The position numbers were made by a program, and so were the translations under genes. Source: an uncultured Candidatus Binatia bacterium (GTDB taxonomy: Bacteria > Desulfobacterota > Binatia > Bin18). Taken from it: a stretch of DNA of 64,000 nucleotides. Below the pieces are notes generated by a model. It searched no databases. It worked only from the letters and a program-made list of their open reading frames with translations, and had not been told where the DNA came from. Below are positions 19,287 to 29,196 of this stretch, in pieces (position 1 is the first letter of the stretch; every line of letters begins with the position of its first letter). The stretch lies in the NCBI GenBank assembly GCA_965214605.1, contig OZ243961.1:3424001-3488000 (forward strand). Direction: 5' to 3'.

Positions 19287-22200
19287 ATGCCACAAGAACT
19301 TGCGCCCCAATACGATCCGTCCGGCCTTGAGCAACAGATATCCGAGCGGTGGGCCGAGGCCAAAGCCTTTGCCGCCACCCCCGACGACAACCCGCGCCGT
19401 TATGTGATTATGATGCCGCTGCCCAACGTGACTGGTGCGCTGCACCTGGGCCATGCCATGGATAATGTCATGCAGGATATGCTGACCCGCTGGCACCGCA
19501 TGATGGCCGACAACACGCTGTGGATGGCCGGGACCGATCATGCCGGTATCGCCACTCAAGCGGTGGTTGAGAAACGGCTGTTGGAGCTGGAAGGAAAAAC
19601 CCGTCACGATATTGGTCGGGACGCTTTGGTGGAAAGAATCTGGGACTGGAAAGATCAGTACCAAGCTCGCATTGTCAGCCAACAGCAGGCCATGGGCTGC
19701 TCATGTGACTGGGACCGGCAGCGGTTTACCATGGATCCGGTCTGCGCGCGGGCCGTGTCCTGGACCTTCTTTCGGCTGTTTCAGGACGGATTGATTTTTC
19801 GGGGGACGCGTCTGGTCAACTGGGACTGTCACCTGCAGACCGCTGTGGCGGATGATGAAATTGTATATGAAACCGTGCAGGGCCATTTCTGGCACTTGCG
19901 CTATCCGATTATTGATCCCCAGCCGGACGAGCCTCAGCACGTTGTGGTGGCTACCACCCGACCCGAAACCATGCTCGGCGATACCGCCGTGGCGTGTCAT
20001 CCCGATCCTCGCGGTGCGCTAGAGCAACACATCGCAAAGACGCAGGCCCGCTTGGCCACGGCTGGTCAGAAGGATCGGGCCGAGATCGAAGCCGAACTCG
20101 CCCGGCTCATGCAACGTCGCCAAACCCATCTTCCGTGGTTGGAGCGGTTAACCGCTATGGCCAAGGCGGGTCGAAGGGTCCGTCTGCCGCTCCTCAACCG
20201 TCCGATTCCACTCTTGTGCGATGAATGGGCAAAGCCCGAGTTGGGCAGTGGCTGTGTCAAGATTACCCCCGCCCACGACCCGAACGACTACGACGTGTGG
20301 ACGCGCCATCGCGAGACGATTGACCTGATTAATATTTTGAGCATGGACGGCTCGCTAAATGATAATGCCGGTCCCTACCGAGGGCTGGACCGCTTTGCCG
20401 CCCGCGACAAAATTGTGGCCGATCTGGCCTCTCAGGGGTTGTTGGAGCAGGTCGAAGACCGCGAAACCGAAATCGGCCATTCCGACCGCTCTAAGACCCC
20501 AATTGAGCCCTATCTGTCCGAGCAATGGTTTGTCCGCATGGGTGACGTTGAGGGTGGGGTCGTGTGTGGACGCGGCACGGACAAAGAGTTCAGCACCCCG
20601 GGTCTGGCCCAAGCCGCGATTGATGCGGCCCAACAGTCATGGCGCTCGCCGTCCGGACGCTACGTCTCGTTTCACCCCGATGAGCGCTATCGCAATACCT
20701 ATATCACCTGGCTGGCCGAAAAACGTGACTGGTGCATCAGCCGCCAGCTGTGGTGGGGGCACCGCATTCCGATCTGGACCGCACGCCTGAGTGGCCAGAC
20801 TGTGGCCGATAAGCTGGCCTGGCTCGAACCCTATCTCGGCCGAGCAGACCTGGTGGCCCGTTTGCTCTATGCCAACGGATTGAGCGAGCTGGTCCGGCCG
20901 GGAGCCGCCCGGCGTTGGACTGGGGACGACGAGGTTCAACTGTTGGTGTGTTTACGCGAGCCGCCCGACGATGAACAGCTGGTCCAAGAACTTGAGGCGG
21001 CTGGCTTTGAGCGCGATCCCGACGTGCTCGACACCTGGTTTTCCAGCGGGCTGTGGCCCCACAGCACGCTGGGCTGGCCCAATCCGAACACCGCCGCAGT
21101 AGAGCCCGGTCAGACCCCTCTGGGTCAACACAACGGAGCTACCGACTGTCTGTCTTTTTACTATCCTGGTAGCTGCTTGGTGACCGGGCGCGATATCATC
21201 ACCCTGTGGGTCGCCCGGATGGTCGTCATGGGGCTCTATAACCTGGGTGACGTTCCGTTTACCGACGTCTTTATTCACGCCACTATTCTGGACGGCAAGG
21301 GTGAGCGGATGAGTAAATCCAAGGGCAACGGCATTGACCCGGTCGATATTATTGACCGCTACGGCTGCGATGCCATGCGCTACGTGCTGTGTGAGATGCA
21401 GACCGGATCGCAGGACATTCGGCTGCCGGTCCAAGCCCTGTCTCCGTATACCAATCAGCTGGTCGACTTAGCCAAAGCTCAACACGGCCGAACGATTTTT
21501 ACTTATCTGTGTCCCGAGACCGGTAAAGAATTCGATGTGTTGGGCACGATGCCCGATATCCCTGCGGCAAAACTGGTCAGTGAGCGTTTTGAGGTCGGCC
21601 GTAATTTTTGTAACAAGGTGTGGAACGCGACCCGGTTTGCGTTACTCAATCTGGAGGGAGCGGCATTTCGACCGCTGCGCCTCGCAGACCTGGTGCTTGA
21701 GGACCGCTGGCTGTTGTCACGGCTGTCACGGGCGACTGCCGAGGTGCAGGCACAGCTCGACGCGTATAATCCGGCGGCGGCTATTACGGCCGCCCGCGAG
21801 TTTTTCTGGGCTGAGCTGTGCAACTGGTATGTCGAGATGATTAAACCCCGCCTGCGCCAGGGCGGGGAGGCCGATACGGCCCGCCAAGTCCTGGCCTTCG
21901 CCATTGATCAGGTCCTGCGCCTGCTGCATCCGTTTATTCCGTTTTTAACCGAGTTTCTGTGGCAGCGGCTCAACGAACAGGTGCCGCAGCGGGGAATTGA
22001 CCGTGCCCTCCCGACTCCACACCTGCTGGCCCAGGCACCGTGGCCTCGCGCCCAAGAGGACTGGCAGGAGCCCCGGTTAGAACACGAGCTTGACTTCTTG
22101 CGGGAGGCGATCCGTGCTATCCGTGATATTCGCAGCCAGTACACGGTCGTCCCCAAGCAAACGCTTGCGGTCCGGATCAAAGTCGATACGGCGGATGCAG

Positions 22201-22550
22201 CGGCCGCCCGCATTCTCAGCGCCGGGTCAGCGCATCTGCGTTACTTGGCGGGCGTCGAGTCCCTCCAGATTGGTCCCGACGTTGAGCGAACGACCGATGC
22301 GGCGACAGCCGTGGTAGGCGAGAGCGAGGTCTATGTGTTGGGGGTGGTCGATGTTGAGAAAGAACGGACCCGGTTGACCGGCCAAATCAAGAAACTGACC
22401 GGCACCCTTGAAGGGACGCGGAAGAAACTGGCCAATGAGAAATTTGTCTCTCGCGCCAAGCCTGCGGTCGTCGCCAAAGAACGCGCCCGGTTGGTGGATA
22501 TAGAGTCACAGCTGGCAACTCTGAATGCGAATCTGAATGCACTGGGATAA
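19287..22550 (+). CDS. valS: Valine--tRNA ligase with large insertions
   Basis: PNVTGALHLGHA, GTDHAGIATQ, TTRPETMLGD, DWCISRQLWWGH, RMSKS, and a C-terminal coiled coil. Confidence 0.96.
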   Translation: MPQELAPQYDPSGLEQQISERWAEAKAFAATPDDNPRRYVIMMPLPNVTGALHLGHAMDNVMQDMLTRWHRMMADNTLWMAGTDHAGIATQAVVEKRLLELEGKTRHDIGRDALVERIWDWKDQYQARIVSQQQAMGCSCDWDRQRFTMDPVCARAVSWTFFRLFQDGLIFRGTRLVNWDCHLQTAVADDEIVYETVQGHFWHLRYPIIDPQPDEPQHVVVATTRPETMLGDTAVACHPDPRGALEQHIAKTQARLATAGQKDRAEIEAELARLMQRRQTHLPWLERLTAMAKAGRRVRLPLLNRPIPLLCDEWAKPELGSGCVKITPAHDPNDYDVWTRHRETIDLINILSMDGSLNDNAGPYRGLDRFAARDKIVADLASQGLLEQVEDRETEIGHSDRSKTPIEPYLSEQWFVRMGDVEGGVVCGRGTDKEFSTPGLAQAAIDAAQQSWRSPSGRYVSFHPDERYRNTYITWLAEKRDWCISRQLWWGHRIPIWTARLSGQTVADKLAWLEPYLGRADLVARLLYANGLSELVRPGAARRWTGDDEVQLLVCLREPPDDEQLVQELEAAGFERDPDVLDTWFSSGLWPHSTLGWPNPNTAAVEPGQTPLGQHNGATDCLSFYYPGSCLVTGRDIITLWVARMVVMGLYNLGDVPFTDVFIHATILDGKGERMSKSKGNGIDPVDIIDRYGCDAMRYVLCEMQTGSQDIRLPVQALSPYTNQLVDLAKAQHGRTIFTYLCPETGKEFDVLGTMPDIPAAKLVSERFEVGRNFCNKVWNATRFALLNLEGAAFRPLRLADLVLEDRWLLSRLSRATAEVQAQLDAYNPAAAITAAREFFWAELCNWYVEMIKPRLRQGGEADTARQVLAFAIDQVLRLLHPFIPFLTEFLWQRLNEQVPQRGIDRALPTPHLLAQAPWPRAQEDWQEPRLEHELDFLREAIRAIRDIRSQYTVVPKQTLAVRIKVDTADAAAARILSAGSAHLRYLAGVESLQIGPDVERTTDAATAVVGESEVYVLGVVDVEKERTRLTGQIKKLTGTLEGTRKKLANEKFVSRAKPAVVAKERARLVDIESQLATLNANLNALG

Positions 22551-22556
22551 CACACT

Positions 22557-23405
22557 ATGGGCCCTTTTGATCATCCTGCTACAACTCGTCTGATCGCCAC
22601 CGCCCTTGAGGAAGACCTTGGTCGGGGCGATGTGACTACCCTGGCGACCATTCCAGCTGACTGTTCGGCCGAGGGAAAAATTACTGCCAAAGCGGCGCTC
22701 ACAGTTGCTGGTCTGCCCCTGATTGAGCGGGTGTTGCACGCGGTAGACCGAGGCGTCACGGTCGCTCTGCGCGTTGACGAAGGAACGACGGTCCAAAAGG
22801 GGGAGGTGGTAGCGGAGGTGTGGGGTACGGCGGGCAGTCTGTTGATTGCCGAGCGCACGGTGCTGAATTTCCTCCAACATATGTGCGGCGTTGCAACGCT
22901 GACCCGGCGGTTTGTTGAGGCCGTTGCCGGCACTTCATGTACGATCATTGATACGCGCAAAACCCTCCCTGGGTTTCGTTTGCTGGATAAATACGCCGTG
23001 ACCCAGGGGGGGGGGACAAACCACCGTATGGGCTTGGACGACGGCGTGTTGATTAAAGATAACCACATCAGCGTATGCGGTGGGGTGGGAGCAGCCGTCC
23101 GCCAGGCCAAGCAACGGGCCTCGGCTCTGCTGCGGATTGAGGTCGAGTGTGCCAGCCTCGACCAGGTCAGCGAGGCGCTTGTGGCCGGGACCGATATCTT
23201 GCTTCTGGACAATATGACGACCCGAGAAATGCGGGACGCGGTGCAGCTGGTGCAGGGCAGAGCCCTGCTTGAAGCCTCGGGCAATATGAGCCTGGAGCGG
23301 GTTCGAGAAGTCGCCCGGACAGGGGTGGATTTTATATCAGTTGGGGCACTAACCCACTCCGCTCCGGCCGTTGACCTGAGCATGACCGTATCGTCTCAGA
23401 CCTGA
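22557..23405 (+). CDS. nadC: Quinolinate phosphoribosyltransferase
   Basis: DTRKT, HRMGL, IKDNH, EVEC, LLDN, EASG and SVGALTHS motifs. Confidence 0.96.
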   Translation: MGPFDHPATTRLIATALEEDLGRGDVTTLATIPADCSAEGKITAKAALTVAGLPLIERVLHAVDRGVTVALRVDEGTTVQKGEVVAEVWGTAGSLLIAERTVLNFLQHMCGVATLTRRFVEAVAGTSCTIIDTRKTLPGFRLLDKYAVTQGGGTNHRMGLDDGVLIKDNHISVCGGVGAAVRQAKQRASALLRIEVECASLDQVSEALVAGTDILLLDNMTTREMRDAVQLVQGRALLEASGNMSLERVREVARTGVDFISVGALTHSAPAVDLSMTVSSQT

Positions 23406-23441
23406 GGCGTGCTCCAGTCCTATCGTCAGGAGTCTTCAGCC

Positions 23442-24281
23442 ATGTCTGAACAAGACTTTGTTGTTGCCGTTGGAAGCCAACTCAAGACACGTTTTCTTGG
23501 CAAACCGCTCCATTTTTTTGAGACGATCGACTCAACCAATACCTACGCCGCACAGCTGGCCGAAGGGGGGGCCGCCGAGGGGACGGTTGTGATTGCCGAT
23601 GCGCAGACTGGCGGTCGAGGCCGCCTGGGCCGCAGCTGGGTCTCGCCAGCCGGGGTGAACCTGTACTGCTCTGTGCTTCTTCGACCCCATATCGCCCCCG
23701 GTTTAGCCCCCCAGATCAATCTGGTGGCCGCCGTGGCGGTGGCCGATACGATCGCTGGGCTAAGTGGACTGAGTCCGACTATCAAATGGCCCAACGATGT
23801 GTTGCTCAAGGGCAAAAAGGTCTGCGGTATCCTGGCTGAGATGCAAACAAGCGGAGAGCGCTTGCAGGCCATAATTCTTGGCATCGGGGTGAATCTAAAC
23901 GCCGAGTTAGAGGTGTTTCCCGAAGAGCTGAGAGAGAAAGCCTCCTCGCTCCTTTTGCTGACCGGTACGCCGGTTGAGCGCGCCACGTTCACCGCCCGCC
24001 TCCTGACCCACCTTGAGCAATCTTATCTTCTTTGGTTACAAAAGGGGCTCCCGGCCCTGCGCGCGACCTGGGAGCGGTATGCCGGTGCCCTGATTGGCCA
24101 GCAGATCGCCGTGGCCGCCCAAGGCGAGGCGATCAACGGCACGATAGTGGGCCTGGATACGGATGGAGCTTTACTGGTGCGAGAGCAAACAACCGAGACG
24201 CTCCGCCGGGTACTGACGGGTGAGGTGAGCGTAATCGGTGGCTATCGAAAGGGTGGGACAGACCATGATCCTCGTGATTGA
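23442..24281 (+). CDS. birA: Biotin--[acetyl-CoA carboxylase] ligase without an N-terminal HTH
   Basis: DSTN, QTGGRGRLGRSW, KWPND and KVCGIL motifs; ATG 23442 follows AGGAG. Confidence 0.93.
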   Translation: MSEQDFVVAVGSQLKTRFLGKPLHFFETIDSTNTYAAQLAEGGAAEGTVVIADAQTGGRGRLGRSWVSPAGVNLYCSVLLRPHIAPGLAPQINLVAAVAVADTIAGLSGLSPTIKWPNDVLLKGKKVCGILAEMQTSGERLQAIILGIGVNLNAELEVFPEELREKASSLLLLTGTPVERATFTARLLTHLEQSYLLWLQKGLPALRATWERYAGALIGQQIAVAAQGEAINGTIVGLDTDGALLVREQTTETLRRVLTGEVSVIGGYRKGGTDHDPRD

Positions 24282-25029
24282 CGTGGGCAATACCCATACC
24301 GTGATTGGCATATACCAGGATAAAACACTGAGCCACCATTGGCGTCTGACGACCGATTCAGGACGCACTTCGGATGAGTACGGCGTGGTGCTGAGCAGTG
24401 TCTTTGCTGCCTCAGACATTTCTTTTCGGGCGATTGAGGGCATTGCCGTGTCGTGCGTGGTGCCGCCGATGATCCGGGTTGTCGAAGACCTGGCCCGCTC
24501 CCTCTTTCAACGTGCTCCGCTGATTATCGGGCCCGGTACCAAAACCGGCATGCCGATCCTGTATGACGCACCGCGCGAGGTGGGAGCGGACCGGATTGTA
24601 AATGCCGTGGCTGCCTATGATCGCTATCACGAAGCCACGATTGTGGTTGATTTTGGAACCGCGACGACATTTGACTATGTGACTGCCGACGGCGAGTACT
24701 TGGGCGGAGCGATCGTGCCTGGTATCGGTATTTCACTCGAAGCCTTGTATACCAAGACAGCCAAGCTGTACCGGGTAGAGCTGATCAAGCCCCCCAAAGT
24801 GGTTGGCCGCAACACAGTGCACGCCATTCAGTCGGGCATCTGTTATGGATATACCGCGCTTGTCGATGGCATGGTAGACCGGATTCGCAAAGAGAACACC
24901 AGCCACGCCCGGGTGATTGCCACCGGGGGATTTGCCGAGTTGATTGCCGGCGAATCGACGACTATCGAAGCGATAGATGAGTTCTTGACCCTTGATGGGC
25001 TGCGTATTTTGTATGAACGAAATCACTGA
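24265..25029 (+). CDS. coaX: Type III pantothenate kinase
   Basis: IDVGNT, GADR, DFGTATT and TGG motifs. Confidence 0.95.
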   Translation: MILVIDVGNTHTVIGIYQDKTLSHHWRLTTDSGRTSDEYGVVLSSVFAASDISFRAIEGIAVSCVVPPMIRVVEDLARSLFQRAPLIIGPGTKTGMPILYDAPREVGADRIVNAVAAYDRYHEATIVVDFGTATTFDYVTADGEYLGGAIVPGIGISLEALYTKTAKLYRVELIKPPKVVGRNTVHAIQSGICYGYTALVDGMVDRIRKENTSHARVIATGGFAELIAGESTTIEAIDEFLTLDGLRILYERNH

Positions 25030-25031
25030 CT

Positions 25032-25055
25032 CGGGGCGACGCGTACGTCGTCCCG
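25032..25055. repeat. REP-like palindrome, copy 2
   Basis: CGGGGCGACG-CGTA-CGTCGTCCCG, a 10-bp stem with one G-T pair, between coaX and the fusA paralog. Confidence 0.5.
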
Positions 25056-25079
25056 CCTGCGAGACACAGGAGGGCTCCG

Positions 25080-27155
25080 ATGGCTGATGACATCCGCCGT
25101 ATTCGTACTATTGGTCTCTTGGCTGAGGGGGGAGCAGGGAAAACGACCCTGGCTGAAGCGCTGCTGTACGCCGCCGGCGCCACGACCCGCCAGGGCCGGG
25201 TCGATGACGGCAACTCACTGTTCGATTTCGAGCCTGAGGAGATCCGCCGCAAAGCCTCACTGTCCACTGCTCCCCATTCCATCAGCTGGCAGCGCCACGA
25301 TGTCTGCCTCCTCGATCCGCCCGGTATGGCCAACTTTTTGTCTGATACGCGCTATGCCATGGAAGCCATGACCGGGGCGGTGTTTGTAACGAGTCCGACC
25401 GGTCAGCTCAAGGTCGAGAGTGAACGCGTGTGGGACTGGGCGAATCTGTTGCAGCTGCCCCGTTTGGTATGTCTCTCGCGTATGGACCGTGAAGAGGGTA
25501 GTTTGGACACCGCCCTCGGTGGACTGCGCGACACCCTCGAAGGCCAGTTTGTGCCAGTGCAGATCCCGATTGCCTCCCAAGCTGACTTCAGAGGCGTTGT
25601 CGACCTGCTAACGATGAAGGCTCTCCTGTTTAGTGGGGATAATGGGGCGGTTGAAGAGCAGGCGATTCCTGACGAGTTGCAGGCTGAGGCGGACGCCCGG
25701 CGGGAGCAGCTAGTTGAGGCGATTGCCGAACTTGACGACGACTTACTCAACCGCTACCTCGAAGGCGAGGACATCACGACCGGTGAACTCAAAGTGGGCT
25801 TAAGCAAAGCCGTTGCCGCCCTCCAGCTCTTTCCCGTGTTGTGCGTGTCAGGTGGACAGTGCGCCGGTGTCCAGCCCTTGCTCGACGCCATGGTCGGCTA
25901 TCTGCCCTCGCCCGATCAGGGGCCTGCGGTTGCCGGCAAACATCCAAAAAGCCAAGAAGATGAAGAGCGGCTGCCCGACCCGGCCGCTTCGTTTTCGGCT
26001 CGTGTATTCAAAACGCTTGACTCACCAACCGGCCGCCTCTCCCTGATGCGGGTGTGTTCGGGCACGCTCACGAGTGACTCGGTGGTGTATAATTCGAGCC
26101 GTGATGTCAGGGAGCGACTCGGCCAGCTGTTTCGTCTGGACGGGAAAAAACAACAGCCCGTGGCGTCGGCCTTGCCCGGTGAGGTGGTTGCCGTGGCCAA
26201 GCTCAAGGAGACCCACACCGGGGACACCCTGTGCGACGAGAAATCGCCGATTGTTCTCCCGCCGATGGTGGGGTTTTCCCCCTCTATTTCTTTTGCTCTC
26301 GGTCTCAAAGCCCGTGGCGACGAAGAAAAGATCCTGTCTTCCCTCAACCGCTTGGCCGAGGAAGACATGGCCCTGAAAGTCGACCGTGATTCCCAGTCGA
26401 ACGATATTCTGATTTCCGGAGCCGGCCAACTCCACATTGAGGTCGTCGTGGAGAAGCTCAAGCGGCGCTACGGGGTCGAGGTTGAGCTCAAAGCCCCCAA
26501 AGTGCCGTACCGCGAAACCATTAACGGGACTGCCGAGGCTCAGGGTCGGCTGAAAAAACAGTCGGGTGGACGTGGGCAGTTTGGTGACACCTGGATCAGG
26601 CTGGAACCCCTGCCGCGTGGTGCCGGATTTGAATTTGTCGATCAGATTCGCGGCGGTGCGATCCCGCGCCAATACATCCCGTCGGTGGAAAAAGGGGCAA
26701 TTGGCGCCTTAGCCAAAGGGTTTGTGGCCAACTATCCCATTGTCGATGTCAAGGTGACGCTGTACGATGGTTCGTACCATGAGGTGGATTCGTCCGATAT
26801 GGCCTTTCAGATTGCCGCTTCGATCGGCATTCAGAACGCCCTAGAAAAGGCCAAGCCGGTTATTCTGGAACCGATCATGCAAATGGAGATCACCGCTCCT
26901 GAGGAGTATACCGGCGACATTACGGGCGACCTGAACCGTCGCCGGGGACGGTTGAACAACGTGGATGCCAAAGGCAACAATCAGGTCATTCAAGCCTCCG
27001 TACCGATGTCCGAGATTCTGTCCTACGCGCCAGACCTACGGTCGATGACCAGTGGCCGAGGGACCTTTGAGATGGCGTTTTCGCACTACGAAGAACTCCC
27101 CCACCATCTGACCGAGAAGATTGTCCAGGAGTCCAAGCAGGCCCAAGAAGAATAG
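25080..27155 (+). CDS. fusA: Elongation factor G paralog (EF-G2-like)
   Basis: Full EF-G architecture (GAGKTT, GQLHIE, PKVPYRETI, KKQSGGRGQFG, DGSYHEVDSS, LRSMTSGRG) with divergent G-motifs; not in an str operon. Confidence 0.9.
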   Translation: MADDIRRIRTIGLLAEGGAGKTTLAEALLYAAGATTRQGRVDDGNSLFDFEPEEIRRKASLSTAPHSISWQRHDVCLLDPPGMANFLSDTRYAMEAMTGAVFVTSPTGQLKVESERVWDWANLLQLPRLVCLSRMDREEGSLDTALGGLRDTLEGQFVPVQIPIASQADFRGVVDLLTMKALLFSGDNGAVEEQAIPDELQAEADARREQLVEAIAELDDDLLNRYLEGEDITTGELKVGLSKAVAALQLFPVLCVSGGQCAGVQPLLDAMVGYLPSPDQGPAVAGKHPKSQEDEERLPDPAASFSARVFKTLDSPTGRLSLMRVCSGTLTSDSVVYNSSRDVRERLGQLFRLDGKKQQPVASALPGEVVAVAKLKETHTGDTLCDEKSPIVLPPMVGFSPSISFALGLKARGDEEKILSSLNRLAEEDMALKVDRDSQSNDILISGAGQLHIEVVVEKLKRRYGVEVELKAPKVPYRETINGTAEAQGRLKKQSGGRGQFGDTWIRLEPLPRGAGFEFVDQIRGGAIPRQYIPSVEKGAIGALAKGFVANYPIVDVKVTLYDGSYHEVDSSDMAFQIAASIGIQNALEKAKPVILEPIMQMEITAPEEYTGDITGDLNRRRGRLNNVDAKGNNQVIQASVPMSEILSYAPDLRSMTSGRGTFEMAFSHYEELPHHLTEKIVQESKQAQEE

Positions 27156-27167
27156 CCAGATGTGACG

Positions 27168-27197
27168 TTGACAAGCCAAGTCTGCCTGTATTACAGT
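27168..27197 (+). promoter_or_regulatory. Putative sigma-70 promoter upstream of the DUF465-ilv cluster
   Basis: TTGACA-N18-TACAGT ending 32 bp before ATG 27230. Confidence 0.5.
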
Positions 27198-27229
27198 CGG
27201 CACGTTGCCTAATGCTCAGGAGGGCCCGT

Positions 27230-27463
27230 ATGGAAGTCAAAGAAGAAGAGTTGATTCGCTCGTTGATCGCTACCGATCCCGAGCTGCGTCAATGCTACGA
27301 AGAACACCAGCAGCTTAAGCAACGCCTTGAGCTACTCCGCCAACAATCCCACCTCACCGAACAGGAGGAGCTTGAGGAGAAACGGATTCAAAAACAAAAA
27401 CTAGCTGGCAAAGACCGGATCATGCAGATTCTGGCCCGCTACCGGCAACAGACCGCAGCATAA
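27230..27463 (+). CDS. DUF465/YdcH-like small coiled-coil protein
   Basis: EEH..L and K.KL..KD.I pattern; AGGAGG RBS. Confidence 0.8.
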   Translation: MEVKEEELIRSLIATDPELRQCYEEHQQLKQRLELLRQQSHLTEQEELEEKRIQKQKLAGKDRIMQILARYRQQTAA

Positions 27464-27569
27464 AAAAGCGCCGCGCTTTCTCTTTCCAGATGAGTCTTTT
27501 CACGAGGGGCGCGGCAGTCGCGCGCCCCTCATTTCTCCCCGCCGCGGCGCCCCGTGCGTTGAAAATTCC

Positions 27570-28121
27570 ATGCGCCACACCATCTCCATACTTGTCGAAA
27601 ACGAAGCCGGCGTCCTAGCTCGGGTGGCTGGTTTGTTTAGCGGCCGTAATTTCAATATCAGCAGTCTGTGTGTCGCCGAGACGACCGATGATACCGTCTC
27701 CAGGATTACCCTAGTCACCGAGGGTGACGATAAGATTGTCGAGCAGATTACCAAGCAGCTGCATAAGCTGATCTGCGTCATCAAAGTGGTCGATTTTCAG
27801 GAAAGCCCGCACGTCGAGCGTGAGATGGCACTCATTAAGGTGGCCTCGGATGAGCGGGTGCGCAGCGAGGTGCTCAACATCGTCAATATTTTCCGGGCCA
27901 AGGTCATTGATGCGGGCCCTCGTTCCTATGTCATTGAGGTGACCGGAGATGAGGGCAAGATAACGGCCATCTTAGAACTGCTCAGACCGCTCGGCGTCCG
28001 AGAAGTAGTTCGCACCGGTAAAGTCGCTATCCAGCGTGGCGTGCAAGTGCTGTCGGCCACAAACGAGAGCGAGACGCTAGAACTTAGCAAGAGAAAAATC
28101 CACAAGGAGAAGGCAGCATGA
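27570..28121 (+). CDS. ilvN: Acetolactate synthase small (regulatory) subunit
   Basis: [25 protein letters not shown] and RTG motifs. Confidence 0.95.
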   Translation: MRHTISILVENEAGVLARVAGLFSGRNFNISSLCVAETTDDTVSRITLVTEGDDKIVEQITKQLHKLICVIKVVDFQESPHVEREMALIKVASDERVRSEVLNIVNIFRAKVIDAGPRSYVIEVTGDEGKITAILELLRPLGVREVVRTGKVAIQRGVQVLSATNESETLELSKRKIHKEKAA

Positions 28122-29134
28122 ATATCTACTACGATAAAGACGCCGATCTGTCCCTGCTCAAAGACAAGAAGATTGCAATTGTTGGTTACGGCAGCCAAGG
28201 ACACGCCCACGCGCTCAATCTTCGTGACAGCGGCATGGACGTCCGGATTGCCTTGAAGCCAGGGAGCGGCTCGTGGCCCAAGGCGGAAAACGCCGGTTTT
28301 CTAGTCCAGGAAGTCGCCCGCGCGGCCAAAGAGGCCGACATCATTATGATCCTGACCCCGGATGAGGTTGCCAGTGAAATATATGAGGCCGATATCAACG
28401 ACGGGCTGCGGCCGGGCACCTACCTCGCCTGTGCCCATGGCTTCAACATTCATTTCGCAAAGATTGTCCCGCCGGCCGACGTAAATGTCTTTATGGTCGC
28501 GCCAAAAGGGCCGGGCCATTTGCTGCGCAGCGAGTTTGAAAAAGGCCAGGGGGTGCCTTGCCTTATCGCCATTGCCCAGAACCCGTCGGGCAATACCAAA
28601 GATGTCGCCCTGGCCTACGCCTCGGCTATTGGCGGTGGCCGGGCGGCTATTTTAGAGACATCTTTCAAAGAAGAGACCGAGACCGATCTCTTTGGTGAAC
28701 AAACCGTGCTGTGTGGCGGCGTCACCGAACTCATGCGGGCCGGGTTTGAGACGTTGGTCGATGCCGGTTATGCTCCGGAGATGGCCTTCTTTGAGTGCAT
28801 TCACGAAATGAAACTGATCGTCGACCTAATCTATGAGGGCGGGATCACCAATATGCGCTACTCGGTCAGCAATACCGCCGAATACGGTGACATGACCCGT
28901 GGGAAGCGGGTCATTGGCGAAGACACACGCGCGGCTATGAAGGCGATCTTAGCTGATATCCAGTCCGGCAGATTTGCCGACGAATGGATTGCCGAGCATC
29001 GCTCCGGCTCGCCAAACTTCACCGCGCTACGGGAGGCGGCCAAGGGGCACCAATCCGAGGTGGTCGGTGCCCATCTACGGAACATGATGCCGTGGATGCA
29101 GCAGAACCGTCTGGTTGATAAAGCGAGAAATTAG
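28118..29134 (+). CDS. ilvC: Ketol-acid reductoisomerase
   Basis: [23 protein letters not shown] and [10 protein letters not shown] motifs. Confidence 0.97.
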   Translation: MNIYYDKDADLSLLKDKKIAIVGYGSQGHAHALNLRDSGMDVRIALKPGSGSWPKAENAGFLVQEVARAAKEADIIMILTPDEVASEIYEADINDGLRPGTYLACAHGFNIHFAKIVPPADVNVFMVAPKGPGHLLRSEFEKGQGVPCLIAIAQNPSGNTKDVALAYASAIGGGRAAILETSFKEETETDLFGEQTVLCGGVTELMRAGFETLVDAGYAPEMAFFECIHEMKLIVDLIYEGGITNMRYSVSNTAEYGDMTRGKRVIGEDTRAAMKAILADIQSGRFADEWIAEHRSGSPNFTALREAAKGHQSEVVGAHLRNMMPWMQQNRLVDKARN

Positions 29135-29196
29135 GGATGGAGTGCTGGGCGTGAGACGGCAAACGCCTCATGCCTCCTCTACCCCACGCCTGACAT

